Notes: a model not told the origin generated them from the sequence alone. A stretch of 64,000 nt of DNA from Candidatus Firestoneibacteriota bacterium (GCA_903891415.1 CAITEH010000008.1:9960-73959), one strand, 5' to 3'; counted from the first letter of the stretch, positions 9,750 to 23,261 are shown. Translations and numbers: made by a program.

Positions 9750-10712
9750 ATGAAAATAGGTCTGTTTACAGTCCTATATTCAGGCAAAGGCTTTGAAGAA
9801 ATGCTTGATTATATGGTCGAATGCAAAGTAGAGGCCGTTGAGCTGGGCTGTGGAAATTATTGCGGTGATGCCCATTGCAAACCGGACGAACTTTTAAAGC
9901 ACAAAGATAAACTTTCAAGTTTTAAAAAAGCAATATCCGACAGAGGCCTTGTTATTTCTGCGCTTTCCTGTCATGGCAATCCCGTGCATCCGGACAAAAG
10001 AATTTCAGCAGAACACCATAAAGTTTTCAGGAAGACAGTGCTTTTAGCGGAGGCCCTGGGTGTTCCTGTTGTTATCAATTTTTCCGGCCTTCCGGGCGGT
10101 GCACCGGGAGATCGAACACCTAACTGGATAACTTACAGCTGGCCCGGAGAGCATGGCAGGGCACTTTCCTACCAGTGGGAAAAAGTCTTGATCCCTTACT
10201 GGAAAAAAGAGGCGAAATTCTGCGGACAATACGGGGTGAAGATCGCCCTGGAAATGCATCCTAATTTTGCGGTCTATAATCCTGAAACTCTGATCAAGCT
10301 CCGTAAGGCTTGCGGAAATAATATAGGCGCTAATTTTGATCCCAGTCATTTATTCTGGCAGGGGATAGATCCTGTGCGGGCGATACAGGCACTCAAAGGT
10401 ATGATCTATCATTTTCATGCGAAAGATACGAGGATAGATAAGCACAATACAGCCCTGAACGGAGTGCTGGATACCAAAGGCCTTGAAAAAGCAGCTGAAC
10501 GTTCCTGGCTTTTCAGGACGGTCGGCTACGGGCATGACCTGTATGTTTGGAAAAGTATGATCAGCACGCTTATTGCCAATAACTATAATTACGTGCTTTC
10601 TATTGAGCATGAGGACGCGTTGATGACAACTGATGAAGGTTTCAAAAAAGCTGTTGAGTTCTTGAAAAGTTGTTCAATAACCGAAAAACTTACAAAAATC
10701 TGGTGGGCTTAG
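9750..10712 (+). CDS. sugar phosphate isomerase/epimerase (xylose-isomerase-like TIM barrel)
   Basis: GFEEMLDYMVECKVEAVELG, KIALEMHPN and ANFDPSHLFWQG are typical AP-endonuclease-2/TIM-barrel family features. Good RBS (AAGGAGG). Confidence 0.75.
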   Translation: MKIGLFTVLYSGKGFEEMLDYMVECKVEAVELGCGNYCGDAHCKPDELLKHKDKLSSFKKAISDRGLVISALSCHGNPVHPDKRISAEHHKVFRKTVLLAEALGVPVVINFSGLPGGAPGDRTPNWITYSWPGEHGRALSYQWEKVLIPYWKKEAKFCGQYGVKIALEMHPNFAVYNPETLIKLRKACGNNIGANFDPSHLFWQGIDPVRAIQALKGMIYHFHAKDTRIDKHNTALNGVLDTKGLEKAAERSWLFRTVGYGHDLYVWKSMISTLIANNYNYVLSIEHEDALMTTDEGFKKAVEFLKSCSITEKLTKIWWA

Positions 10713-10728
10713 GACTACAAAGGGGCGG

Positions 10729-11751
10729 ATGTTAAAAGAACTATTCAGGAAACTAGATATTTTATTCAGGAACAGCTGGAAGTATTTTATTATTCCCTCA
10801 GGTTTCCTGCTTTTGATCTGGCTCGGTTTTTTAATTATTGATCATTTCGAAAAACCGATAGTTTTTGAGAAAAAACCTCCGGTAAGTTATTCTGAGGAAG
10901 AAACGGAAAAGACTTTTTCCGAACTTGCCGAAAAAGGTTATACGGAAAATATAGGCCCGTATTTTGAGAAGATCAGAAGCAGTCTTCTCGCAAGGCAGCT
11001 TGGCATAATGAAATACAGGCTTAAGGCAAATGACAATCTCTGGGAAATAGCAAAACGGTATAAGATCAAAATAGACACCATAGTCGGGGCGAATGCTTAT
11101 CTTAAATCGCTGACCAAGACTAAACCCGGTCAGGAGTTGATCTTGATAAGTAAAAAGGGTGTCTTGCATAAAATTAAAGACCAGGAAACTTTGGATGGTA
11201 TTGCCGGGCAGTACGGTGTCACAAAAGAGAAATTAGAGGCCGATAATGCACTTGAAAAGGGCTTTAAGCCCGGTGAGTATATTTTTATATCTGACGCACC
11301 TCCGGTTGACCTGACTGAGGAAATGAATGCCCAGTATGCGTTAACAAAGTTATTCGGCTCGCCTATCCTCGCCGGAGCCAGAAAATATACTTCCTTTATG
11401 AGGATAAGAATAGATCCTTTCACGGGAGCCAAATCTTTCCATGACGGTCTGGACATTAAAGCCAATCCTGACGATAAGATCTGCTCTGTTGCTGCCGGAG
11501 TTGTTATCTTTTCCGGAGAAAACGGAGGTTTTGGCTTAATGGTAAAGATAAAACACGATAATGGGTACACAACTCTTTACGGGCACAATTCAAAACTTTT
11601 TGTAGTTTCCGGTCAAAAAGTAAAGAAAGGGCAGATAATTGCGCAAGCAGGGAGCACGGGAAGGTCAACAGGTATTCATCTTCATTTTACCGTCTGGGAT
11701 AAGAATAATAAGCTTGTTGATCCTGCTTTAATGCTTATGACCACCAGATAA
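10729..11751 (+). CDS. LysM-domain M23 metallopeptidase (murein DD-endopeptidase-like)
   Basis: LysM repeats (LWEIAKRYKIKIDTIV; LDGIAGQYGVTKEKL) and an M23 core (HDGLDI...GYTTLYGHNSK...GSTGRSTGIHLHF). Confidence 0.88.
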   Translation: MLKELFRKLDILFRNSWKYFIIPSGFLLLIWLGFLIIDHFEKPIVFEKKPPVSYSEEETEKTFSELAEKGYTENIGPYFEKIRSSLLARQLGIMKYRLKANDNLWEIAKRYKIKIDTIVGANAYLKSLTKTKPGQELILISKKGVLHKIKDQETLDGIAGQYGVTKEKLEADNALEKGFKPGEYIFISDAPPVDLTEEMNAQYALTKLFGSPILAGARKYTSFMRIRIDPFTGAKSFHDGLDIKANPDDKICSVAAGVVIFSGENGGFGLMVKIKHDNGYTTLYGHNSKLFVVSGQKVKKGQIIAQAGSTGRSTGIHLHFTVWDKNNKLVDPALMLMTTR

Positions 11752-11776
11752 ATTAATAAAAAAAGGCCAAGAATAG

Positions 11777-12547
11777 CTAAAAAACGAGATATTTTTTCCC
11801 TCCTGAAAGTACAGGTTTGCGGCCTTTTACGATTACATCGGTAATTTCATTAAAAGCTTTTAATTCTGCGATACTTTTCCCGCATATATCTCTGCCAAAC
11901 ATTTCAAAGGCTTTAATACTTGCTTCAAGTATTTTGTTATCTCCGGATAAGACCAGAACTATAGCGGTCTTGGAGCCCGTGAGGAAGGAAAGTATATCAG
12001 GGCTCTGCGCCGGTGAAAACTGCCGTGCCGGGCTTGCCGTTAACTTATCTGCGCTTGCAAAAGTCAATATGAACACACAAATGACCGTATATATAAAAGC
12101 GGCCGTAAAAATATTCATCGTAAGTGTTTCCAGATATTTTGAAGTTTTGGCTGACAATTTTAAAAAAATGCTGTATTTCTTATTCTTAATAGAAAATGAA
12201 TCATATATCCTGCGGATACCCGGGGAGTCCGGGGTTATTTTTGAAACGGAAGTTTCTTCAAAAAGAGTATTTATTTCTCCGGTATCAGTATCCGCAATTA
12301 TGCGCCCGTTTTCAGCGACTGATATTCGCATGACCTCCGGTTGGTTCTTTAAACTATCTAAAAAATTGTTAAGCAGCAGATCATCTTCAATACCTATACA
12401 GGCTCTAAGGCGTTCTTTGTAGGAGACAACCGTCTTTTCTATCCGCGCCGCATTTTCTTTCTCAATGTAAATATTGGTAAGAAAGACCACCATTCCTATA
12501 AATAGAATACCGGAAAGAAAAATAAATAAAACCTTGATTTTTACCAT
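11777..12547 (-). CDS. hypothetical two-TM sensor-like protein with a short cytoplasmic PAS-like tail and no output domain
   Basis: This is the only long minus-strand gene. RBS AGGGGTGA lies upstream of the ATG. Layout is TM1, ~135-aa periplasmic region, TM2, then ~75 aa (ILEASIKAFEMFGRDICGKSIAEL). Confidence 0.55.
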   Translation of the reverse strand: MVKIKVLFIFLSGILFIGMVVFLTNIYIEKENAARIEKTVVSYKERLRACIGIEDDLLLNNFLDSLKNQPEVMRISVAENGRIIADTDTGEINTLFEETSVSKITPDSPGIRRIYDSFSIKNKKYSIFLKLSAKTSKYLETLTMNIFTAAFIYTVICVFILTFASADKLTASPARQFSPAQSPDILSFLTGSKTAIVLVLSGDNKILEASIKAFEMFGRDICGKSIAELKAFNEITDVIVKGRKPVLSGGKKYLVF

Positions 12548-12568
12548 TTCACCCCTTAATAAGCCTGA

Positions 12569-12597
12569 TTGAAAAACGTGAATTGTTGTGGTATAAT
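12569..12597 (+). promoter_or_regulatory. sigma70-like promoter TTGAAA-17nt-TATAAT upstream of pilT
   Basis: Hexamers at 12569-12574 and 12592-12597 in the divergent intergenic region. Confidence 0.45.
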
Positions 12598-12647
12598 TTA
12601 ATATAACAGAAAATATTCATACTAGTCAATATCCAAATGGGGGAAAA

Positions 12648-13745
12648 ATGCAAATAAATGACCTCTTAAATAAAATGGTGGAACAGAAAGCTTCGGATAT
12701 CCATTTGAAAGTCGGCCGCCCGCCGCTCATCAGGGTTGACGGCAAAATAACACCGCTGGTGCTTCCTGTGTTAACGGATGCTGACGTTGAAGAAATGCTT
12801 TTTACCATGATGAACAAGAGGCAAAGGCTGAAGTTCAGCGAAGCAAATGAAATTGACCTTTCTTTTTCTCCCAGTGGCAGCGCGCGATACAGAATAAATG
12901 CTTTCAGACAGAGAAGCACCATAGAGTTAATAATTCGAATGATACCAAAAGACATTCCCGGCATTGATATGCTTGTTTTACCTGACTCGCTAAAGACGAT
13001 CGCGCTGGAAACCCGGGGTCTTATTCTTTTGACCGGAGCGACCGGCAGCGGAAAATCAACGACTATTGCTTCAATGATAAAATTTATTAATGAAAATCAA
13101 CCCTATCATATTATTACAGTTGAGGATCCCATAGAATTTATTCACTCTGATATTAAAAGCAGTGTAAGTCAAAGGGAATTAGGTATCGATACGGAGTCCT
13201 ATGGTGTGGCTCTTAAATATATTCTCAGGCAGGACCCGGACGTTATTTTTATAGGTGAAATGCGTGATATTGATACTGTTTCCGCGGCTATTTCAGCGGG
13301 AGAAACCGGGCATTTAGTACTGTCAACTCTGCATACTATTGATGCGAGCCAGACCATAGACAGGCTGGTAGATTTTTATCCTTCATCACAACAAGATCAG
13401 ATAAGAAATCAATTTGCAAATATTGTTACGGCAATTATTTCAATACGCCTTATTGAGAAAGCTGATGGAAAAGGCAGGGTGCCCGCGGTGGAAGTAATGA
13501 TGGGAACACCGACTATTAAATCACTTATCAGAGAGAATAAACTTTCTTCAATTAAATCCATGATACAGGCAGGTTCAGCGCAATACGGTATGCAGACTTT
13601 TGACCAGTCCCTGGCGGAACTATATAAAAAAGGGCTTATAACTCTTGAAATGGCGCTCGCGGAGGCTACCAGCAAAAATGATCTGAAACTCTCGTTAAGC
13701 GGGATTATTTCCAGTGTTGATTCTGCCAGGGAACGTATGAGGTAG
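12648..13745 (+). CDS. pilT: type IV pilus retraction ATPase PilT family
   Basis: ASDIHLKVGRPPLIRVDG, Walker A GATGSGKST, ITVEDPIEF, RQDPDVIFIGEMRD, GHLVLSTLHT. Confidence 0.9.
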   Translation: MQINDLLNKMVEQKASDIHLKVGRPPLIRVDGKITPLVLPVLTDADVEEMLFTMMNKRQRLKFSEANEIDLSFSPSGSARYRINAFRQRSTIELIIRMIPKDIPGIDMLVLPDSLKTIALETRGLILLTGATGSGKSTTIASMIKFINENQPYHIITVEDPIEFIHSDIKSSVSQRELGIDTESYGVALKYILRQDPDVIFIGEMRDIDTVSAAISAGETGHLVLSTLHTIDASQTIDRLVDFYPSSQQDQIRNQFANIVTAIISIRLIEKADGKGRVPAVEVMMGTPTIKSLIRENKLSSIKSMIQAGSAQYGMQTFDQSLAELYKKGLITLEMALAEATSKNDLKLSLSGIISSVDSARERMR

Positions 13746-13748
13746 AAT

Positions 13749-14297
13749 ATGATCTTCACCGGACAGGAAAAACAAACAATGCTCAAGCTTGTAAGGTCCG
13801 TAATTGCCGGTAATTTGTTTAAAGGAAGGGATCCGGAGCTTACCTCTACGGACAAGGGGCTGCAAAAAAAGTCAGGTGCTTTTGTCACGCTGACCAAGCT
13901 AAACGGAGAGTTACGGGGCTGTATCGGACAGATGGTTTCAGAAGCCCCGCTTTATAGAACTCTTATTATGATGGCAAAAGAAGCGGCTTTTAATGATCCG
14001 CGGTTTTCGCCTCTCACAAAAGAAGAACTTCCAAACATTAAAATTGAAATATCAGTACTTTCTCCGCTGCTACCCGTCAAGAATGCTTCAGAAATAGTAA
14101 TTGGGAAGCACGGGGTCCTGGTAAAAAAGGGCAATGCTTCCGGGGTTTTTTTACCACAGGTCGCGGCAGAAACCGGTTGGGATCTCGAAGAATTCATGAA
14201 TAATTTATGTTCGGGAAAAGCAGGCCTGCCTGCGGATGCCTGGAAAAAAGGCGGCATTGATATGTATACCTTTACGGTAGATAGTATTAAGGAATGA
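13749..14297 (+). CDS. AMMECR1-domain protein (AmmeMemoRadiSam system protein A type)
   Basis: GAFVTL...LRGCIGQ and GVFLPQVA signature motifs. Confidence 0.85.
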   Translation: MIFTGQEKQTMLKLVRSVIAGNLFKGRDPELTSTDKGLQKKSGAFVTLTKLNGELRGCIGQMVSEAPLYRTLIMMAKEAAFNDPRFSPLTKEELPNIKIEISVLSPLLPVKNASEIVIGKHGVLVKKGNASGVFLPQVAAETGWDLEEFMNNLCSGKAGLPADAWKKGGIDMYTFTVDSIKE

Positions 14298-14366
14298 ACT
14301 TCCTTAAACAGCAATACCGGGAAAGCTCCCGGTGGAGCGATAAAACCCCGATAATTCATATAATTA

Positions 14367-14395
14367 TTGCATAGACAGGCTAAATTGTGTAAAAT
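14367..14395 (+). promoter_or_regulatory. sigma70-like promoter TTGCAT-17nt-TAAAAT
   Basis: Hexamers at 14367-14372 and 14390-14395 in the 148-nt gap upstream of the 14446 gene. Confidence 0.3.
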
Positions 14396-14445
14396 ATCAA
14401 AGCAAATGCTTTTTTAAGCTCGATTACTCATTTCTGGAGGTTATT

Positions 14446-15684
14446 GTGAAAAAGTATTTATTGTTCTACTCTGCCGTTATTTTACTCACACTCCTGATTA
14501 GCGTTGTTCATGCAAGCGAAAAAATTAGAGTAGGTGTTTTTGACCTTGAGCCGTCTAATGTTCCAAAAGAAACCGCGGTTACCGTCAGTGAACTGCTCCG
14601 GGCTGAATTATTTTCAACAGGCCGGTTCATTACGGTAGATAAGAAGAACATGGATAAAATTTTAAAAGAGCAGGCTTTTCAACAAACGGGCTGTACTTCA
14701 AGCGAGTGCGCGGTAGAGGTCGGGAAGATCCTCAATGTAAACATTATGGCAACAGGCTCCTTAAATAAACTTGGGAACATATATAACATAGCGGTCACTC
14801 TAACCGATGTTGAAAGAGGGGAAACCTTACAAATAGAAAAAGATTCGTGTGATTCTGAAGAAAAATTAGCAGCCATAATTAAAAGTATCGCCGGAAATAT
14901 TGCCTTTAAAATGCCTATAATAGGAAAAGTAGTAAGAGTTTCAGCTGACGGTATAAATGTTGTCGTTGACCTGGGCACTGTGGATAGAGTGGAAAAAACT
15001 ATGAGGTTTAAAGTAAACAGATTAAAAGAGGAAATTAAGGATTCAACCGGCAAAGTGATCATGAAAGAGTTTGAAGACATCGGAGAAATAGTGCTCACAG
15101 ATGTTCAGACTGACGCTTCAAAAGCAGAATTTATCAGGAAAAATGATTCCAAAATAAAGACCGGAGACAATGTTAAGATAGGTGAAGAGGATCTAAAGAG
15201 AATGAATTCCGGTTATCAGGCGCCCAGGCAGTTCACCGGCAGCATTGCGGCAACCGGTACCACCGGCGGCAGTCCCTTTGACTCTGCCTGGAGATCTTTA
15301 ATACTCCCCGGCTGGGGGCAGTTTTACAATAAAGATGATCTCAAAGGCTGGGTTTTTACAATTGCCGGGCTTAGCGCTGCCGGAATAACAGTTGCCAAAT
15401 ATTTTGACTTTGATAAGAAAAGAAAGTCCTATGAGAATGCGACGGATAGCACCTTGATGGATGCCCTTTATAATGATGCGAATAATGCTTATCATGAATT
15501 TAACGGAGCAGCAAAAATAACGGCTTTAGTTTGGGCGCTAAATTTGGTTGATGCAGTACTGTCCTATGATTCCAGAAAGCAGCATTCCTCGATTGTTGCG
15601 CCTGAATCTGCCCCCAAAGGGCTGTACTGTAAGTCCAACTATTTGGATTCTGTTACGCTTGGGTATAATTTAAATGGTAGTTAA
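14446..15684 (+). CDS. secreted or lipoprotein with a CsgG/LpoB-like N-module, a beta-barrel-like middle and a DUF5683-like C-terminal membrane hairpin
   Basis: GTG start and signal peptide. N-module is IRVGVFDLEP...STGRFITVDKKNMDKILKEQAFQQTGC...ILNVNIMATGSL. The C-terminal WRSLILPGWGQFYN motif is followed by hydrophobic segments. Confidence 0.55.
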   Translation: MKKYLLFYSAVILLTLLISVVHASEKIRVGVFDLEPSNVPKETAVTVSELLRAELFSTGRFITVDKKNMDKILKEQAFQQTGCTSSECAVEVGKILNVNIMATGSLNKLGNIYNIAVTLTDVERGETLQIEKDSCDSEEKLAAIIKSIAGNIAFKMPIIGKVVRVSADGINVVVDLGTVDRVEKTMRFKVNRLKEEIKDSTGKVIMKEFEDIGEIVLTDVQTDASKAEFIRKNDSKIKTGDNVKIGEEDLKRMNSGYQAPRQFTGSIAATGTTGGSPFDSAWRSLILPGWGQFYNKDDLKGWVFTIAGLSAAGITVAKYFDFDKKRKSYENATDSTLMDALYNDANNAYHEFNGAAKITALVWALNLVDAVLSYDSRKQHSSIVAPESAPKGLYCKSNYLDSVTLGYNLNGS

Positions 15685-17559
15685 AATCCGTAAGGATAAT
15701 AAGGGTTTATTGGTAAGTTTACTGATTGGCCTTGTTATTTTTACTCTGGTCGCTATTTTTTTTACTTTTGATCTCTTGCCGTCTTTGAAAAACGGGAGTT
15801 ATAACTCTCTTATGAGCTGGAGAGGGGCCCTCACGGCAAGGAATCCTACAGAGAAAGTAATAATTGTTTCTATTGATGATAAAAGTTTTGAGGAACTGGG
15901 GCAATTTCCCTGGCCCCGCAATGTTTACGGCAAGGTCATTGAAAAATTAAAAGCTGATGGAGCGAAAGTAATAGGCCTCGATATTGAATTCGCAAATCCC
16001 AGTCCTTCCGAAGAAAATGATCGTGCTTTTGCCCGGGCCGCAAAAAAAGCGGGTAATGTTGTCTCTGTATCAACAGTCACAGAAGATAATATCCCGGTCG
16101 GGAACAGTTTTATTCCTTATAAAAAATATAATCTGCCGATAAAAGTATTGAATGACGCTTTTCTTGCCACAGGTTATTCTTCTCTTCAACCGGACGTGGA
16201 CGGGGTTATCAGATGGTCTTCTCTTGTGGCTTTTCGTGACCGTGAAGACGAAGTAAAAAAACTAAGCTATCAGAAAGCGGAAAAATACTATTCTTTTGCC
16301 CTAACCCTCTCGGCGATATATCTGGGAAAGACAGTGCAAGAAATGATAGATACAGTTGAAAAACTGGATACTGACTATATCCGCGGCACCAATGTTTATA
16401 AGAAGAATAATTCCATCCTTATTAATTATGAAGGAAAACCAAAAACTTTCAGAAACGTCTCATTTTATCAGGTAATGGACGGCAGTTTTAAAAAAAATAC
16501 GTTTAAGAATAAGATAGTATTGATCGGCGCTACTTCTGATGTTTTGCACGATGAATTTCTTTCCCCGTTCGTGGCCGCCGGAAATATGGCAGGTGTGGAA
16601 ATACATGCTAATGTAATAGATGATATTTTAAAAAATGAATTTCTGGTTAAAGCTCCGCCCGTACTGGTCTTGATCGTGATAGCTTTTTTTATTGCTCTCA
16701 CGCTGTTCCTTACTACACGGTACAACCCGTTTTTAAGTTCCGGGCTTTCTCTTTTGCTTTATTTTGGGTTTCTCTTTTTATCCTTGGATAAGTTCAGAAG
16801 TAACTATTGGATAGATATTTCACATCCGCTTCTTGCTTTAATAATTACCTACATAACTAATGTGGCCTACCGGACAATTATTGAACAGCGGAAAAGTAAA
16901 AGGACAAAGACATTGTTTCAGCGCTTTGTTTCCAGACAGGTCGTTGAAGAGCTCTTAAAACAGGGCTCTGACCAGATAAGCTTGGGCGGAAAAAAACAAA
17001 AACTGGTAGTATTTTTCTCGGATATCAGGAACTTTACCACTATGTCAGAAAAACTTCCGCCGGAAGAGGTGGTTGAAGTTCTTAATTTTTATTTTAAAGA
17101 AATGACTAATATAGCTTTTAAATACGGCGGGACCGTTGATAAATATATCGGAGATGCAATTATGGTGGAATTTGGCGCTCCTCTGGTCAGGCCAAATGAT
17201 GAAGAACTTGCTGTACGTATGGCCATTGATATGCAGGAAAGGATGAAAGAACTCCGTGAAATATGGAAAAACCAGGGGAAGGAACCATTCTATATCGGCT
17301 GCGGGATCAACTCCGGGGAAGCAGTTGTAGGTTTTATGGGTACCGAAAGAAAAATGGAATATTCGGCTCTTGGCGACACAGTAAATCTTGCTTCCCGGTT
17401 GGAATCGCTTACAAAAGAATATCACGCGTCAATAATAATAAGTGAAAGTGTCTACGAAAAGGTAAAAGATATTGTATTGGTTAAAGACCTTGGAGAAGCG
17501 ACTGTAAAGGGCAAAACCATCAAGACCAGGATCTATGATGTACTTGGTCTCAAAAAACA

Positions 17560-17563
<4 letters not shown>
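15674..17563 (+). CDS. CHASE2-domain class III adenylate/guanylate cyclase
   Basis: N-terminal TM, periplasmic CHASE2-like region (IVSIDDKSFEELGQFPWPR...IGLDIEF), 3-4 TM segments, then a cyclase domain (VVFFSDIRNFTTMSE...DKYIGDAIMVEFGAP...GDTVNLASRLE). It overlaps the upstream gene by 11 nt. Confidence 0.88.
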
Positions 17564-20358
<2,795 letters not shown>

Positions 20359-20362
<4 letters not shown>

Positions 20363-20901
20363 AGTTAAGAACAAAGCTGTTACTTGTTTTTATTCTTACG
20401 GCGACGGGTGTCATAGCAGGGTACAAGGTTGTAAATAGTATTTTCTTTCGGCCCCAGAACCCCGCTTTTAATTACGCGCCTGAAATTAAAAAGATAAAGT
20501 TGTATTTTATAAATCGTGACGGTAAATTACAGGCAGAAAAAAGGGAGATACAAGGCGGTGTCGGAATTCTAGAAGACGTAAAGATATGTGTTAAAGAACT
20601 TGCCGCCGGGCCAAAGGAAGCCGGACTTTTTCGAGGTTTGCCTGCTGGAGTAGTTCTAAACGGTGTTTTTATTGATGATAACCGCTGTATTTATCTTGAT
20701 TTCAATCAGAACATTGTTGAAAATCAAGCAGGCGGAACTACAAGAGAAATGCAGATGCTTTATTCGCTTGTTAATACGGTCCTTGATAATTTTACCCAGG
20801 TCACGAGCGTAAGGATCCTGGTGGAAGGGCATGAGATAAAGACGCTTGGAGGCCATCTGGATATTACGCAGCCTTTAAGGAGCAAGCAACTTGAATATTA
20901 G
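20359..20901 (+). CDS. GerMN-domain protein
   Basis: N-terminal TM/signal segment, then LYFINRDGKLQAEKREI...LAAGP...GL and LVNTVLDNFTQVTSVRILVEG, typical of GerM_N domains. Confidence 0.65.
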
Positions 20902-21694
20902 TGACAGGCCTATAGGAATATTTGATTCCGGTGTCGGGGGGATAACAGTTTTTAAAGAGATAAAAAAACTTCTTCCCGGTGAAAATATAATATATTTCGG
21001 GGACACCAAGCATAATCCGTATGGTTCAAAATCAAAAGATGCCGTTACGAGGCTTTCAACAGAAAATGTCCGCTTTTTATTGGGGAAAAAAGTTAAATAT
21101 ATTGTGGTTGCCTGTAATACCGCTTCTGCCTTGAGCCTCCCGTTCCTTAAAAAGATATTTTCCGTGCCCATGAGCGGAGTTATTGAAGCCGGGGCTAAAG
21201 CCGCACTTGAAATAACAAAAAATAAAAAGATAGGGGTCATCGGGACCAGAGCGACAATTGAAAGCGGGGCCTATTTAAAAGCTTTATTAAAATTAGATCC
21301 TAAATTAAAGATAAAAAGCCTGGCTTGCCCTTTGTTCGTACCTTTAGTGGAGGAAGGTTGGGCCGGCTCAAAAATCGCGGAATTGACCGCGCTTGAATAT
21401 TTGAAAATATTTATGGAGTTCAAAGCGGATACTCTGGTTTTAGGTTGCACGCACTATCCATTTCTTAAACCGGTAATCGGAAAAATACTTAAAAAAACGG
21501 GGCTTATTGATTCTGCCGCGGAAACAGCCAAAGCGGTAAGAAAAGAGCTGGAACAAAAATCGCTTTTAAGAAATAATACTGCAAAACCGGCTTATGCTTT
21601 TTATGTCACTGACGGCCCGGCAAGGTTTAAGAAAGTTGGCAGTTCATTTCTTGGATATAATATCGGACCGGTAAAATTAATTGAAATGGAGTAA
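20891..21694 (+). CDS. murI: glutamate racemase
   Basis: TTG start. [28 protein letters not shown]. Confidence 0.93.
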   Translation: MNISDRPIGIFDSGVGGITVFKEIKKLLPGENIIYFGDTKHNPYGSKSKDAVTRLSTENVRFLLGKKVKYIVVACNTASALSLPFLKKIFSVPMSGVIEAGAKAALEITKNKKIGVIGTRATIESGAYLKALLKLDPKLKIKSLACPLFVPLVEEGWAGSKIAELTALEYLKIFMEFKADTLVLGCTHYPFLKPVIGKILKKTGLIDSAAETAKAVRKELEQKSLLRNNTAKPAYAFYVTDGPARFKKVGSSFLGYNIGPVKLIEME

Positions 21695-21696
21695 AA

Positions 21697-22419
21697 ATGC
21701 GGATAGATAATAGGGAAAATGCTGAGTTAAGGCCTTTGAAAATATTTCCGCACTATATTAAATATGCGGAAGGTTCAGTTCTTATTGCCTGCGGCTATAC
21801 CAAGGTTATTTGTACAGCGACAGTAATTGAGGATGTCCCGCCATTTTTAAAGTCTGCGAACCGCGGGTGGATAACCGCGGAATATGGGATGCTCCCCAGA
21901 GCTACCCTGGAAAGAAAAAGCCGTGATGGTGTAAAAGGCAAGGTTGACGGCCGGTCACAGGAAATTCAAAGGTTAATAGGCCGGTCGCTTCGCGCCGTCG
22001 TGGATCTTGAAAAACTTGGTAAAAGGACAATAATGCTAGATTGTGATGTTATTCAGGCCGATGGCGGAACCAGGACGGCAGCTATCTCCGGCTCTTTCGT
22101 GGCTATGGTTGATGCTCTCAAATACCTGCATAAAAAAGGAATTCTGGCAAAGAATCCGGTACGGGATAATATTGCCGGGATCAGCGTGGGGATAGTAAGA
22201 GGAAAAATCATGCTGGATCTTTGTTATGAGGAGGATTCAAAAGCGGAAGTTGATATGAATTTTGTAATGACCGGCTCCGGAAAATTCGTAGAGATCCAGG
22301 GAACTGCGGAACATAGTCCTTTTAACAAGCAGGATGTTAATTCCATGATGAAGATGGCGGAGAAAGGGATAAAAGAAATAATAAAAGCCCAGAACAAGGT
22401 GTTAGGCCCTTGGAAATAG
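21697..22419 (+). CDS. rph: ribonuclease PH
   Basis: [47 protein letters not shown]. Confidence 0.96.
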   Translation: MRIDNRENAELRPLKIFPHYIKYAEGSVLIACGYTKVICTATVIEDVPPFLKSANRGWITAEYGMLPRATLERKSRDGVKGKVDGRSQEIQRLIGRSLRAVVDLEKLGKRTIMLDCDVIQADGGTRTAAISGSFVAMVDALKYLHKKGILAKNPVRDNIAGISVGIVRGKIMLDLCYEEDSKAEVDMNFVMTGSGKFVEIQGTAEHSPFNKQDVNSMMKMAEKGIKEIIKAQNKVLGPWK

Positions 22420-23030
22420 TACTCGCCACCCGCAACAAAAATAAAATAAAAGAGATTTCCAGGGCATTGAAGATCCCGGGATTGAATATCCTTACTATGG
22501 ATAATTTCCGGAATATTCCGGAAGTAATTGAAGATAGAAGGACTCTGAAAGAAAATGCGCTAAAGAAAGCCAGTGAAGTAAACAGCAGGACAGGGCATAT
22601 ATCTCTCTCTGACGATTCCGGATTGGAAGTTGATTTTTTAAAAGGCGCTCCCGGTGTTTATTCCGCAAGATTCGCCGGAGAAGGTTGTACTTATCAGGAT
22701 AATAATAATAAATTATTAAGATCTCTTGACGGCGTACCGCAAAGTAAAAGAGGCGCACTTTTTCGCACGGTAATAGTAATAAAAGTTCCCGGCAGAGAAC
22801 CGGTAGTTGTAGAAGGACGCTGCAGAGGCAAAATAGCATTTAAGAACAAGGGAAGCAGAGGCTTTGGTTATGATCCTATTTTTATTCCATCAAACTATAA
22901 AAAAACATATGCCGAAATGTCTCTTTCTTATAAGAATAGGATAAGTCACAGGGGCAAAGCTTTAGAAAAAGCAAAAAGAGTTCTTTTATCATTGATGAAA
23001 AAATTATCGGGGCGTAGCGTAGGTGGCTAG
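22410..23030 (+). CDS. rdgB: XTP/dITP diphosphatase (RdgB/Ham1 family); the last 23 nt overlap tRNA-Pro
   Basis: [47 protein letters not shown]. Confidence 0.9.
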   Translation: MEIVLATRNKNKIKEISRALKIPGLNILTMDNFRNIPEVIEDRRTLKENALKKASEVNSRTGHISLSDDSGLEVDFLKGAPGVYSARFAGEGCTYQDNNNKLLRSLDGVPQSKRGALFRTVIVIKVPGREPVVVEGRCRGKIAFKNKGSRGFGYDPIFIPSNYKKTYAEMSLSYKNRISHRGKALEKAKRVLLSLMKKLSGRSVGG

Positions 23031-23084
23031 CGCGCCTGCTTTGGGAGCAGGAGGTCCCCAGTTCAAATCTGGGCGCCCCGACCA
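23008..23084 (+). tRNA. tRNA-Pro (anticodon UGG), CCA encoded
   Basis: Manual cloverleaf: acceptor CGGGGCG/CGCCCCG, D stem GCGT/GCGC, anticodon stem CCTGC/GCAGG with loop TTTGGGA, T arm CCCAG-TTCAAAT-CTGGG, discriminator A, then CCA. Total 77 nt. Confidence 0.9.
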
Positions 23085-23261
23085 AAAAAGCGGATCTACC
23101 GTACTTTCACCGCCTCCGGAATTGCTGTGGAAGTATTCCCCGGATTTTGATGCAGGTTTTTTGAACGAAATATCCATAATAATTAATGAATTTAATTTTC
23201 AGTTAGAGTATAATGAAAAGCGGAACAAAACAAATACTTTTGAATAAAGGAGCTCCGGAAG

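Noticed and set aside
11817-12422. 201-aa plus-strand ORF, and by extension the many 60-175-aa antisense ORFs in the track (e.g. 1765-2271, 13409-13897, 31748-32272, 33666-34259, 37258-37785, 62476-62970).
   Set aside because: All lie fully inside, and antisense to or out of frame with, well-supported genes. They have odd, low-complexity or Ser/Pro/Arg-rich compositions, no RBS and no recognisable motifs. They look like shadow ORFs.
13749-14297. Linking the AMMECR1 gene to the radical-SAM domain at 51.9-52.6 kb as an AmmeMemoRadiSam system.
   Set aside because: No Memo-like gene is present, the two loci are 38 kb apart, and the radical-SAM domain is fused to TatD, which points to a different family context. 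The link is unsupported.
23023-23247. 74-aa ORF starting inside tRNA-Pro.
   Set aside because: Its N-terminus is encoded by the tRNA gene itself, it has no RBS, and the sequence is low-complexity. It is spurious.
23085-23261. tRNA-Pro 3' flank as an integration site for a genomic island.
   Set aside because: There is no integrase and no direct repeat of the tRNA 3' end that I could find. The downstream genes (histidine kinase, flavin reductase, rpmB, recG) look like ordinary chromosomal content.
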